DNA of 64,000 nt. Source: a virus. Location of the stretch: the IMG/VR virus record IMGVR_UViG_3300047510_001668, positions 32,001-96,000 of that record. One strand, 5' to 3'. The notes beneath the pieces are model-generated. The model worked only from the letters and a program-made list of their open reading frames with translations, made no database searches and was not told the DNA's origin. The translations under genes and the position numbers were made by a program. Positions 9,960-19,231 of this stretch are shown one piece after another. Within the stretch, counting starts at the first letter, position 1. Each line of letters opens with the position of its first letter.

Positions 9960-11578
9960 GATTGTATTTTTCTGAAGTAGTAGTGTTCAATAATTAAACT
10001 ATCCAACTGTGTTTTCTCTAAAATCGTGAAGGCATCTTGCACTGTGGATAATATAGGTTTTCCATCCACGTTGAATGAGGTGTTCAACAATACTCCTATA
10101 CCTGTTTGTTTCTCAAACTCAGTTAACAAATCATATAACCAAGGATTCTGTTCCCTGGTCACAGTTTGCACACGAGCGGTGCCATCCACATGTGTGATGG
10201 CTGACAGCTTTTCCTTCCATTCCTCACGTACCTGAGGACAGAAGGACATCCATCTGGATTCTTTGTCCCACTGAAAATATTTGTTCACATCCTCCAGACG
10301 AACCACAGGTGCGAAAGGACGATACCATTCTCTGTGTTTCACTTTGGCATTCAGAATATCCTTCATCATGGGGATGGATGGGTTACATATGATGCTTCTG
10401 TTTCCTAATGCACGTGGTCCGTGTTCCGACCTCCCACGAGCTACACCTATAATTTTACCTTGAACCAACTCATTTACGATGTCCACATCATCCAGAAAGT
10501 GGGAAGTGAATCTGACATTGCTGTTTTGTATATAGTAAGAAAGATTGTCCAAGTCCAACAATTCAGTTCCTGAATAGGTGGTGTCCGCGGCGTGTACGGG
10601 TTTCATGTGATTCAACAAAATACCTAGCGCCACACCACAGTCATTAGGATCAGGACCCACGAACACATCTCGGTGGAATTCTTCTACTAACCGCGTGTTC
10701 AGCAATATGTTCAGACCACAACCGCCAGTCATGCCAATCGGTAATGTGGGATATTCTTCCATGAAGGGAACAGCCACCTCCAGGAAACTATCCTCAAATG
10801 CACGTTGGGACGTGGCTGCTATGTCCCAGGCTAACTGACCTTCCAAACGTTCAGTGGTGGTGAATTTCACTCCTATCTTCTCACCTAACTCATCCACGTG
10901 AGTTTGAAAGTTCAGCCCATCTAAATTGGACTTGTAGAATTCCATGAATGCAGGCATCCACACCTGATTAACCACACCATAGGAAGAAAGACCCATCAAT
11001 TTACCAGGATACACCAGATTACCATCACCCAAACATTCAAACTTGATGTCTTTCAGATAGTTGCCTAGTGCCATGTATGGGAACCCTAAATCATAATAGA
11101 CATGAGTGCTATCTATGTTGGGATTGTTGACTTGTTTCAGTAGTTTCGGTGACTCACCACGAACACAGTAATAGATGTTGAACTTGCCATCATTGCCTCC
11201 TCCATCAAAAGAAAACACCAACATTTCTTGATGAGGTGATTGATAGAAACAACCAGCAGCATGTCCTTGATGATGCAAACAATGAATGTAGTTTTTTGCA
11301 GGAATGAATTGTTCCAACTGATGTTTTTCATAGATGATGACATCAGAATTCAAATAATAGCAGTTTTCAAATTGTTCTATGCCAAGCTTGTTCATGATCC
11401 ATTTAGGAATGAACTCGGCGTAAAACAACAGGTCCTCAGTTTTAGGACACTTGTATTGTGCCAACCCGCTGTTTTTGTAATTCAGAAAACGTTCCAGTTC
11501 CAACACCATAAGGATTTCATTGTTTTCTTCCACCACGTATGCGGCGTTATGGGAACCGTAAAAAGAAATATTGGCCAT
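9956..11578 (-). CDS. O-carbamoyltransferase, NodU/CmcH/TobZ family
   Basis: GSHNAA, ELERF, HHQGHAA, DGGG, GKLMGLSSYG, GGCGLN, SEHGPRALGNRS, KHREWYRPFAP, HVDGTARVQTV, LLNTSFN; start trimmed to MANIS at 11578. Confidence 0.93.
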   Translation of the reverse strand: MANISFYGSHNAAYVVEENNEILMVLELERFLNYKNSGLAQYKCPKTEDLLFYAEFIPKWIMNKLGIEQFENCYYLNSDVIIYEKHQLEQFIPAKNYIHCLHHQGHAAGCFYQSPHQEMLVFSFDGGGNDGKFNIYYCVRGESPKLLKQVNNPNIDSTHVYYDLGFPYMALGNYLKDIKFECLGDGNLVYPGKLMGLSSYGVVNQVWMPAFMEFYKSNLDGLNFQTHVDELGEKIGVKFTTTERLEGQLAWDIAATSQRAFEDSFLEVAVPFMEEYPTLPIGMTGGCGLNILLNTRLVEEFHRDVFVGPDPNDCGVALGILLNHMKPVHAADTTYSGTELLDLDNLSYYIQNSNVRFTSHFLDDVDIVNELVQGKIIGVARGRSEHGPRALGNRSIICNPSIPMMKDILNAKVKHREWYRPFAPVVRLEDVNKYFQWDKESRWMSFCPQVREEWKEKLSAITHVDGTARVQTVTREQNPWLYDLLTEFEKQTGIGVLLNTSFNVDGKPILSTVQDAFTILEKTQLDSLIIEHYYFRKIQS

Positions 11579-11580
11579 GG

Positions 11581-12492
11581 TTACACTAGAGGCTTCAAAA
11601 AGAAGTGAGAGAAGGAAATTTGACCTGGTTGAAACGCGTTGGTCCAATCTTCATGATAGAACGTATCAAACACCCAATTTTTGAACCAGGTTCTGTGTGT
11701 AGCATTCACATAGGCCATGATGGACTGGTCACTACACACTTCATTAGCAGACAACACCTGTTCTATAACATTTTCACATGTGTTCAAGTATGGAAGCAGT
11801 TTCTCGGAAGACCCTCCAAAAAATCCTCCCACAGGGTGAGTGGACTGATAATCTACATTTATATTCAATATTTTATTGAAATTTGCAGGTGAATCATCTG
11901 ACGTAGCTCGACAGAGATTTATGATGCCATCACCTGCATACTGATTGATACCATCCAATACACTGGGAGTGAATGCCTGGTCATAATGATACACTTTGTA
12001 TTCGTTATCTTGGAAATTTTGCGGATAATGCGGGAACTCAAGCTCACTTCCATACCGACTAGAAAATGATGGAAACAATCCTGTGTGTGATAATCCAGAA
12101 TCAATCCAATACATCATGGTGTTAGGCTTATGTTCCATGCCTAGGAATAGAAATTTCATCCAGTACACCACTGTGGGCCTTGTATAGAATCCCACAGCTT
12201 CTGGACTGTTGTATTTTTCTTTCTTACTGGTACGTATGGCGTACACCCGGTCTTGGTATGGATTGTTTTCCAATTCATAGATTTTGATGGACAAATTCTG
12301 TAAGTTGAATGTTTCTTTCAATTCCACCAATTGATTGTATCCTCTATCACCTGGATCTGTGTAGCACACGATTTCTCCCATGTTACTGATGGTTGCCAGA
12401 GAATATTTGTACCATCGGTCGCGGTTCACCTGACCCCAAAAGGGCTCCCCTGCGTGGAACGGATAGTAAGAAGTTACCAGTTTTGTTTTCAT
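11581..12492 (-). CDS. HtrL/WlaTC-like glycosyltransferase (second, stand-alone copy)
   Basis: LVTSYY, WMKFLFL, YWIDSGL, VGGFFGG, SDQSIM parallel the middle domain of 7689-9959. Confidence 0.6.
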   Translation of the reverse strand: MKTKLVTSYYPFHAGEPFWGQVNRDRWYKYSLATISNMGEIVCYTDPGDRGYNQLVELKETFNLQNLSIKIYELENNPYQDRVYAIRTSKKEKYNSPEAVGFYTRPTVVYWMKFLFLGMEHKPNTMMYWIDSGLSHTGLFPSFSSRYGSELEFPHYPQNFQDNEYKVYHYDQAFTPSVLDGINQYAGDGIINLCRATSDDSPANFNKILNINVDYQSTHPVGGFFGGSSEKLLPYLNTCENVIEQVLSANEVCSDQSIMAYVNATHRTWFKNWVFDTFYHEDWTNAFQPGQISFSHFFLKPLV

Positions 12493-13727
12493 AGTTTGTG
12501 TTCTATCCGTTCAGCCCATCCTCGAGATTCACTATAGGCCCACGCCACCATTCGTTTTGGTTCTTTTTCAAAATACTGAAAATATTCTTCATAGTGAACA
12601 GGAATGTTCTGTGTTAAAAAAAGTTGTAGTTGATGTCCTTCAATGCTCTTAGTATGGACAGCTTTACCATCTTCATCATCAAATGCCACTAGGATGGATT
12701 TATAATCATCCGCTGGCAATTCATTTCTATTTATTGTGACTAGATGATAGAAAGATTTAGACCAGGGACTATCAGCAGGAGTGGGAGGATATCCATTATG
12801 TAATGTGTGCTTCTGTACCGATTTATTTTTAAAATTCACACCTGCATAGGCTTCATAATCTTCAATGGTTCTGGCCGTGCCTAAATCATATCCAGACAAA
12901 TCAAATCCATTGTCTTCCACTCGGAACAATTGGCGAATTTTTGCTCGAGCAATGTTCTGTTTTTCACCCCAATTCACACCCAATTTACTATCATCATCCC
13001 ACTTCAATTTTCCAGCACGTTCTTCTCTCATGGTGGAATGCCATATCACCAACTTATGAGGATGAAACATGTCATACCCATGTGTGTATGAACGCACCGT
13101 CAGATTGATTTCTTCACCACTGAAGTAGATGTCTGGGTCATGGAGAATTTCCTTGGCCCACTCACTTCGCGCAAAACAGAAATGTCCGGATAGAAATCTA
13201 CTCATGGGAGGTTCCGTCATGGTCTCCCAGCCGTGTAACAATGAGGGTCTGATGAAAATGGTACCATGGGGATAAAAACATGCAAATTGTTGTTGCCATG
13301 GCTCCATGGACCTGCCATCTGGATCATTGAATGGGTCATACAATGGGAGATAGGCTGCTAGAATAGGTTTGTGCCCTTTCTGTTCCAGTTGTTGATGCAT
13401 GTCAATCAACGTTTCATCCCAATGTTTAGCGAACCGATGATGAGAATCCAACTGTAGAATGTAATCCTGGTCAGTCAACAACTTCTCATTGATTTGAGCG
13501 CGCGCCCAAGGGAGCCCTTGTGCTTCTGTGTACAACACATCCATGATATGAAATCTGGCATCATTTCGATATTCATCTAGATTGTCGAATCCATCCTCAG
13601 GATGATATTGTCTGCAAATACCAAAATGCACTCTGTCCGGATGTTTAGCCTTGTTCAATGCATCTTGAATGGTGGGGACCAGCTCAGGATCCCGATAGGC
13701 AGGGAGGTGTAATAGTATAGTTTTCAT
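12489..13727 (-). CDS. GT60-type (PF11397 GlcNAc) polypeptide/hydroxyproline alpha-GlcNAc-transferase, paralog 2
   Basis: LHLPAYRDPEL, AQGLPWAR, LQLDSHHRF, FLSGHFCF, YFSGEEINLTVRSYTHGYDMFHP; start trimmed to MKTIL at 13727. Confidence 0.85.
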   Translation of the reverse strand: MKTILLHLPAYRDPELVPTIQDALNKAKHPDRVHFGICRQYHPEDGFDNLDEYRNDARFHIMDVLYTEAQGLPWARAQINEKLLTDQDYILQLDSHHRFAKHWDETLIDMHQQLEQKGHKPILAAYLPLYDPFNDPDGRSMEPWQQQFACFYPHGTIFIRPSLLHGWETMTEPPMSRFLSGHFCFARSEWAKEILHDPDIYFSGEEINLTVRSYTHGYDMFHPHKLVIWHSTMREERAGKLKWDDDSKLGVNWGEKQNIARAKIRQLFRVEDNGFDLSGYDLGTARTIEDYEAYAGVNFKNKSVQKHTLHNGYPPTPADSPWSKSFYHLVTINRNELPADDYKSILVAFDDEDGKAVHTKSIEGHQLQLFLTQNIPVHYEEYFQYFEKEPKRMVAWAYSESRGWAERIEHKL

Positions 13728-14950
13728 AATGTACCTTTGATGGGGTCCAACCAACCGTTGGAATGAGTCTGTGGCCATACCACCCAGGATTTGGCTTCCA
13801 CATTGGAGTAGAATTTTCTCCAGATTTGCACGAATTTATTTTCTGGATCCTGAGTCATGATTCGATGTATTTCTTCAGGTGAGGCATCTTCTCGGTGTAT
13901 TTCATTACCTTCTGCATCTTTAAATGCCACAGCCCAACAAATGTAATCTTTTTCAGATACACTAGGACGGTAGACATCTATGCAGTATTTCTTGTATCCA
14001 GATAACTGAGCTTCATAATTTTCCAAAGGCGTGGGAGGATTCTTCTCTTCCACTGTGTGTTTATGAACACGCCGAGTAAGAAATTCAATACCAGCATATC
14101 TTTCATACTCTTGTAATGTTCTACTAGTTCCTAATCCATAGGTTTCAATAGGCGTGGCAGGTTCATCCACACCCAACAATTTTCTGTTTCGTTCTTTAGC
14201 CTTTTTGTCCTTCTCTGACCAGTTGTTGTCAGCCCAATGTTTGGACTTGTCCTTTCTGGTGTATTCATGCCATATGTACACCTTGTGTGGGTGAAACAAA
14301 TCATACCCATGAGTATAGGCACGCACAGCCAAAGAGATTTCCTCCCCATGAAAATAGTATTCTGGGTCATAAGGAACGTTTGTACAAAATTCACCTAAAG
14401 TGAAAATGTAATGTGCTGAAAGAAACCTGGCTGGGATGGGGGCGTGTAGCTGTGTATGATTTGGTATCGTGCCAGGTGTGAAATGCACCACGCCATCAGG
14501 TGCAAATCTATCGAAATTCAATTTCCAAGGTTCTTGGCCTCGTTCTTCCTTGCCTGGTGTGTAGGCGGTGGCGTAGGCAGTCAACAACGGTTTCTCATGG
14601 CCGCTGGATTGCAAGCCTTGCAACATCTTCACCAACTTGATGTCCCAGTGTTTGTCAAATCTATGGTGAGAATCCAACTGGAGATAGTAGGTTTCACCTT
14701 GATACAATTTCTGCATCTCATGACGGGCCCAACACACACCCTGGGACAACTTGTAGTCCACATCCACAATTTTGAATTGTGGATGATTCCTGTATTCTTC
14801 TATGGTGTCCCAGGTGTCCTCTGCGGCATGTTGCCACATGATGCCAAAATGCAGCCGTTCTGGAAAAGCTGCTTGTTCCAAACAATTTTTTATGGTAGCC
14901 AACAATTCAGGGTCACGGTAGGCAGCAATGGCAATGAATATTGTGTTCAT
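13724..14950 (-). CDS. GT60-type (PF11397 GlcNAc) alpha-GlcNAc-transferase, paralog 1
   Basis: TIFIAIAAYRDPEL, SQGVCWAR, YYLQLDSHHRF, FLSAHYIF, YFHGEEISLAVRAYTHGYDLFHP. Confidence 0.87.
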   Translation of the reverse strand: MNTIFIAIAAYRDPELLATIKNCLEQAAFPERLHFGIMWQHAAEDTWDTIEEYRNHPQFKIVDVDYKLSQGVCWARHEMQKLYQGETYYLQLDSHHRFDKHWDIKLVKMLQGLQSSGHEKPLLTAYATAYTPGKEERGQEPWKLNFDRFAPDGVVHFTPGTIPNHTQLHAPIPARFLSAHYIFTLGEFCTNVPYDPEYYFHGEEISLAVRAYTHGYDLFHPHKVYIWHEYTRKDKSKHWADNNWSEKDKKAKERNRKLLGVDEPATPIETYGLGTSRTLQEYERYAGIEFLTRRVHKHTVEEKNPPTPLENYEAQLSGYKKYCIDVYRPSVSEKDYICWAVAFKDAEGNEIHREDASPEEIHRIMTQDPENKFVQIWRKFYSNVEAKSWVVWPQTHSNGWLDPIKGTL

Positions 14951-14975
14951 ACATCCTCATAGTATCATTTTCAAT

Positions 14976-14983
14976 TATTTATA
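14976..14983 (-). promoter_or_regulatory. T4 late promoter driving the glycosyltransferase cluster
   Basis: Exact TATAAATA immediately after the stop of the mucin-like gene, 26 nt upstream of the first GT60 start. Confidence 0.8.
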
Positions 14984-17900
14984 TTAACATCCTGGGTTGT
15001 TTATGTCAATCACCTGACCACCAACGTTGGTTTGTGCATTGTCACCATTGGCATATTGAATGTATTGGCTTGCGATGCTACCTGAGCAATTGCTGTTGGT
15101 GTACAGATAGCAATTGATTCCTAGAGTGAAACAATCAGAGTATGATTGGTATGGATAATTACCCACCTGACAATCATTTATACCAGTCACATATTCAAAG
15201 GATCCAAGGTTGTAACAGGTGACTGCTGAAGGTGTGGGTGATGGTGTCACGCTAGGTGTTGGTGTTACAGGAGGTGTGGGAGATGGCGTGGTGGAAGGTG
15301 TTCTGGTAGGTGTTATGGATGGTGTGATGCTGATGCTAGGTGTGGTGCTTGGTGTCACACTAGGTGTTGGTGTTGGACTTGGGCAGGTGGATGGACCACC
15401 TGTCACCATGTAGGTACCACCATTGTTGCCGTAAGTCCAATATTGTCCGTTGTTTGTGTTGTATCCTACATAACCGCTGGCACCTAGATTGTAATTGACG
15501 GTTAGTGCAGCACTAGTGTACCCAATACAACCTGTGGTGAGTGCGGCAGAGCAGGTTGCATTGAAGTAGATTGGGTCACCATTGCTAGTACAAACCTGAG
15601 TTAAGTCTGTGGATACATCCAACCGTTGACCTTGAGAAGTTGGTGTTGGTGTAGGGGTGGGTGTGCGAGTCACCGAAGGTGTGACACTAGGTGTGGTGGT
15701 GTTACTTGGTGTGACAGTTGGTGTGATGCTTGGTGTCACAGATGGTGTTACCGATGGTGTCACTGTGTTACTTGGTGTTCTGGTTGGTGTGATGCTTGGT
15801 GTTACAGATGGTGTGACTGAAGGTGTGGCAGTGTTACTTGGTGTTCTGGTTGGTGTGATGCTTGGTGTTACAGATGGTGTGACTGAAGGTGTGGCAGTGT
15901 TACTTGGCGTGATGCTAGGTGTGACTGAAGGTGTAGCTGTGGTACTTGGTGTTATGGTTGGTGTGATGCTGATGCTAGGTGTGGTGCTTGGTGTCACACT
16001 TGGTGTTCTGGTAGGTGTTGGTGATGGAGTTGGTGATGGGCAGGTTTCTTGAGTGCCATAAGCTGTGAAATTGCCAGGTGAACCATCATACAAGAAATAC
16101 ACACCTTGTGTTGTGGTGGCATAACCAGCCACTTCAAAGGCAGATGTCAATTGAATATCATTGTACAACTTACAACCAGCTCCAAAATTGGTGTAGCAAG
16201 AAGTGTTCACATACTTTTGCACATATGTGGCACCTGAGAACGCACATATTTGTGTATCAACTTCTGCAAAGTGTGCTAGTTGTCCTGCTGAAGATGTAGA
16301 TGGTGTTACAGAAGGTGTTACGCTAGGTGTCACACTAGGTGTAGCTGTGTTACTTGGCGTGACAGATGGCGTGATGCTTGGTGTCACAGATGCAGTCACA
16401 CTAGGTGTTGCTGTGATGCTAGGTGTGATGCTAGGTGTCACACTAGGAGTAGCTGAAATTGAAATGCTTGGTGTGGTAGATGGTGTGATGCTTGGTGTCA
16501 CTGAAGGTGTGGCAGTGTTACTTGGTGTCACACTTGGTGTCACACTTGGTGTCATGCTAGGTGTTGGTGATGGACAGGTTTGTTGAGAACCGGTTACTTC
16601 GTATGTGCCACCATTGTTCTCATAGCGCCAGTAAGTACCAACAGCGCCAGGCTTATATACCCAACCTGCAATATTAACAGGATTGGTTAGACCAGCGTTG
16701 GTGTATAACCGGCATCCAGCTGATATGGTGGCGGCACAGGTGGGATTGGCGTAGTATGGATCACCTCCATCAAGACAAGCATCCGCTTCAGTGGCAGCTA
16801 ACCGTAGGAAAGCACCTGGTGTTGTTGGTGAAGGTGTGACTGAAGGTGTTTTTGAAGGTGTGACTGATGGAGTTGCTGTTTCAGATGGTGTGATGCTAGG
16901 TGTCACTGAAGGTGTGATGCTAGGTGTCACTGAAGGTGTAGCAGTTTCAGATGGGGTTACACTTGGTGTTGCTGTTTCAGATGGTGTGATGCTAGGTGTC
17001 ACTGAAGGTGTAGCAGTTTCAGATGGGGTTACACTTGGTGTTGCTGAAGGTGTGGCACTTGGAGTTGGTGATGGGCAGAATTGCTTACTACCCACCACTT
17101 GACTGAATGTGTAATCCCAATATTCACCTTGGATGGTTGAAGCGAGACCGTCTACATTGTACACTGTCAACAATTGAATTTCATCATACAACACACATCC
17201 CGCACCAAATGATGCTCCTGCACAACTTGGGCTGGTGTATTTCAATACTGTGGTACCAGTAAGTGAACAAATGTCAGCTTCATAACTGGCAATGTAAACT
17301 CCGGAACCAGCAGGTGATGTGGATGGTGTCACGCTTGGTGTCACACTAGGTGTGGCTGAAATGGATTCAGATGGTGTGATGCTTGGCGTGATGCTAGGTG
17401 TGATGGAAGGACTGGCGCATGTATATGGTCCAAGAATTGCTTCGTAACTTCCACCATTGTTACCATAAGTCCAGTACTGACCCACAGTACTGGTGGTGTA
17501 TACATAACCATCACCTGTGAATGAATTAGTTAACCCTGCATTTGTGTACAACTTACATCCGGTTGTGAAGGATGAGGCACAACTGTTGTTGATGTAATAT
17601 GGGTCACCTTGGTCTGCACATACTTCACCGATTGTGGCTGCAAATCTAGCTTGCAACACACCCGGGCTGGTGGGTGAAGGTGTTGTGGAAGGTGTTCTGG
17701 TAGGTGTTGGTGTTGGATCAGGAGTTACAGAAATGGAAGGTGTTACTGAAGGTGTTATAGATGGTGTTCTGGTAGGTGTTGGTGTTGGGTCAGGTGTAGG
17801 ACATGGCTGTTGTGTACCATAGGCCTGATAGTTACCTGGGCTACCACCATACAGGAAGTACACACCTTGAGTTACCGTGGCATAACCATCCAATTCAAAT

Positions 17901-19219
17901 GGTGTAGTTAAAGCACCATCATCGTACAACTTACAACCAGCTGTGAAGCTAGTGTAACATGTGTTGTTAACATACTTCTGCACATAGGAGGCACCGCTGA
18001 ATGAACAGATGTCAGCTTCATAGATGGCAAAGTGTGCCAAAGAAGCTCCTGCTGATGTGGAAGGAGTTACAGATGGTGTGACAGACGGAGTAGCTGAAAT
18101 GGATTCAGATGGTGTGATGCTTGGCGTGATGCTTGGTGTTGCTGAAGGTGTGGCACATGTGAATGGGCCTCCTGTTACTTCCCAACTTCCACCATTGTTC
18201 TGATAGTTCCAATACGTGCCCACGGTGCTGGTGGTGTATACGTACCAAGGACCAGAGCCAGTTAACTCACCATTATCTACACTATTAGTTAATGAAGGAT
18301 TTGTGTATAGCTTACATCCTATAGTGAATGTCGTGGCACATGAAGCATTCACATAGTATGGGTCACCTTGGTCGGCGCAAGCATCATTGATGGTGTAAGC
18401 CAACCGTGCGACATTGGAGCCATTGGTAGATGGTGTTGGGGTGGGTGAAGGAATTGCGCAAGAAGTTGGTCCGGATAGTACGCCGGATGCCACTTGATAA
18501 TAATTACCTGAACCGTCACCATAATAACCATTAGATGCCATCACACTACAATCAGGTTGTGTGTATGTTTCGATGCCTCCTCCACTCACATAAAGAGTGA
18601 TGGCTACAGGTGCCGCACAAGCAGATGCAATAGAAGCTTGAACCGTGGACACAAGACCCACAGTGGACCCATAACACGGTGTAGGTGTTGGAGTTGGAGT
18701 TAAGCTAATCGTGGGTGATGGAGAAGGACAACTTTGTAATGTTCCATATGTTATGAAATTACCAGGAGTGCCATCATACAAGAAATATGAGCCCTGAGTC
18801 ACCGCGGCATATCCACCCACTTCAAATGGTGTGGTTAAAAGATTATCATCATACAACTTACATCCAGCTGTAAAGCTGTTGTAACATGTGTTGTTTACAT
18901 ATTTTTGTACATAGGTGGCACCTGAGAATGAACATATATCAGCTTCATAAACAGCAAAATGTGCCAATTGAGCGGCAGCACTTGTTGATGGAGTTATTGA
19001 AGGAGTGATGCTAGGTGTAGGAGTGATAGCAAATGTGTGGTCATACCCATAAAACTCACTCATTGCGTGAGGAGCTATTGCATCCGGCTTAGCTGGACTA
19101 TCATTGTTTATCCCGGAGGTAGATAGTGATGCTAAACTGGAATTGGCAGCAGTAGGTGATAATCCCTTTTCAGAGTTGATATCACTGATTTTAATTTCCC
19201 CGCTCGCAACTATGGCCAT
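14984..19219 (-). CDS. Mucin-like fibre-tip/adhesin protein: ten Cys-rich ~75-85-aa domains separated by (T-P-S-V/I)n linkers
   Basis: N-terminal MAIVASGEIKISDINSE...MSEFYGY resembles the fibre-attachment N-termini found after S74 fibres; many TPS/TPT repeats; domain cores C-x~15-C-x~7-C(K/R)LY. Confidence 0.75.
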   Translation of the reverse strand: MAIVASGEIKISDINSEKGLSPTAANSSLASLSTSGINNDSPAKPDAIAPHAMSEFYGYDHTFAITPTPSITPSITPSTSAAAQLAHFAVYEADICSFSGATYVQKYVNNTCYNSFTAGCKLYDDNLLTTPFEVGGYAAVTQGSYFLYDGTPGNFITYGTLQSCPSPSPTISLTPTPTPTPCYGSTVGLVSTVQASIASACAAPVAITLYVSGGGIETYTQPDCSVMASNGYYGDGSGNYYQVASGVLSGPTSCAIPSPTPTPSTNGSNVARLAYTINDACADQGDPYYVNASCATTFTIGCKLYTNPSLTNSVDNGELTGSGPWYVYTTSTVGTYWNYQNNGGSWEVTGGPFTCATPSATPSITPSITPSESISATPSVTPSVTPSTSAGASLAHFAIYEADICSFSGASYVQKYVNNTCYTSFTAGCKLYDDGALTTPFELDGYATVTQGVYFLYGGSPGNYQAYGTQQPCPTPDPTPTPTRTPSITPSVTPSISVTPDPTPTPTRTPSTTPSPTSPGVLQARFAATIGEVCADQGDPYYINNSCASSFTTGCKLYTNAGLTNSFTGDGYVYTTSTVGQYWTYGNNGGSYEAILGPYTCASPSITPSITPSITPSESISATPSVTPSVTPSTSPAGSGVYIASYEADICSLTGTTVLKYTSPSCAGASFGAGCVLYDEIQLLTVYNVDGLASTIQGEYWDYTFSQVVGSKQFCPSPTPSATPSATPSVTPSETATPSVTPSITPSETATPSVTPSETATPSVTPSITPSVTPSITPSETATPSVTPSKTPSVTPSPTTPGAFLRLAATEADACLDGGDPYYANPTCAATISAGCRLYTNAGLTNPVNIAGWVYKPGAVGTYWRYENNGGTYEVTGSQQTCPSPTPSMTPSVTPSVTPSNTATPSVTPSITPSTTPSISISATPSVTPSITPSITATPSVTASVTPSITPSVTPSNTATPSVTPSVTPSVTPSTSSAGQLAHFAEVDTQICAFSGATYVQKYVNTSCYTNFGAGCKLYNDIQLTSAFEVAGYATTTQGVYFLYDGSPGNFTAYGTQETCPSPTPSPTPTRTPSVTPSTTPSISITPTITPSTTATPSVTPSITPSNTATPSVTPSVTPSITPTRTPSNTATPSVTPSVTPSITPTRTPSNTVTPSVTPSVTPSITPTVTPSNTTTPSVTPSVTRTPTPTPTPTSQGQRLDVSTDLTQVCTSNGDPIYFNATCSAALTTGCIGYTSAALTVNYNLGASGYVGYNTNNGQYWTYGNNGGTYMVTGGPSTCPSPTPTPSVTPSTTPSISITPSITPTRTPSTTPSPTPPVTPTPSVTPSPTPSAVTCYNLGSFEYVTGINDCQVGNYPYQSYSDCFTLGINCYLYTNSNCSGSIASQYIQYANGDNAQTNVGGQVIDINNPGC
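15781..15907 (-). repeat. 66-nt exact coding tandem repeat (TPSNTATPSVTPSVTPSITPTR)
   Basis: Identical units start at 15781 and 15847. Confidence 0.9.
16911..17046 (-). repeat. 72-nt-period coding tandem repeat in a mucin linker
   Basis: Identical ~64-nt segments start at 16911 and 16983. Confidence 0.85.
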
Positions 19220-19231
19220 GAACGACTCCGA

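Noticed and set aside
12489-14950. Hydroxyproline-specific (Skp1 Gnt1-type) pathway as the primary reading
   Set aside because: No prolyl hydroxylase is in the window, so Thr/Ser acceptors are favoured; this is not excluded if a 2OG-Fe(II) oxygenase lies elsewhere in the genome.
15200-18200. CRISPR array or non-coding satellite suggested by the GGTGT-rich repeats
   Set aside because: The repeats are the antisense of in-frame Thr-Pro-Ser codons, with no repeat-spacer structure.
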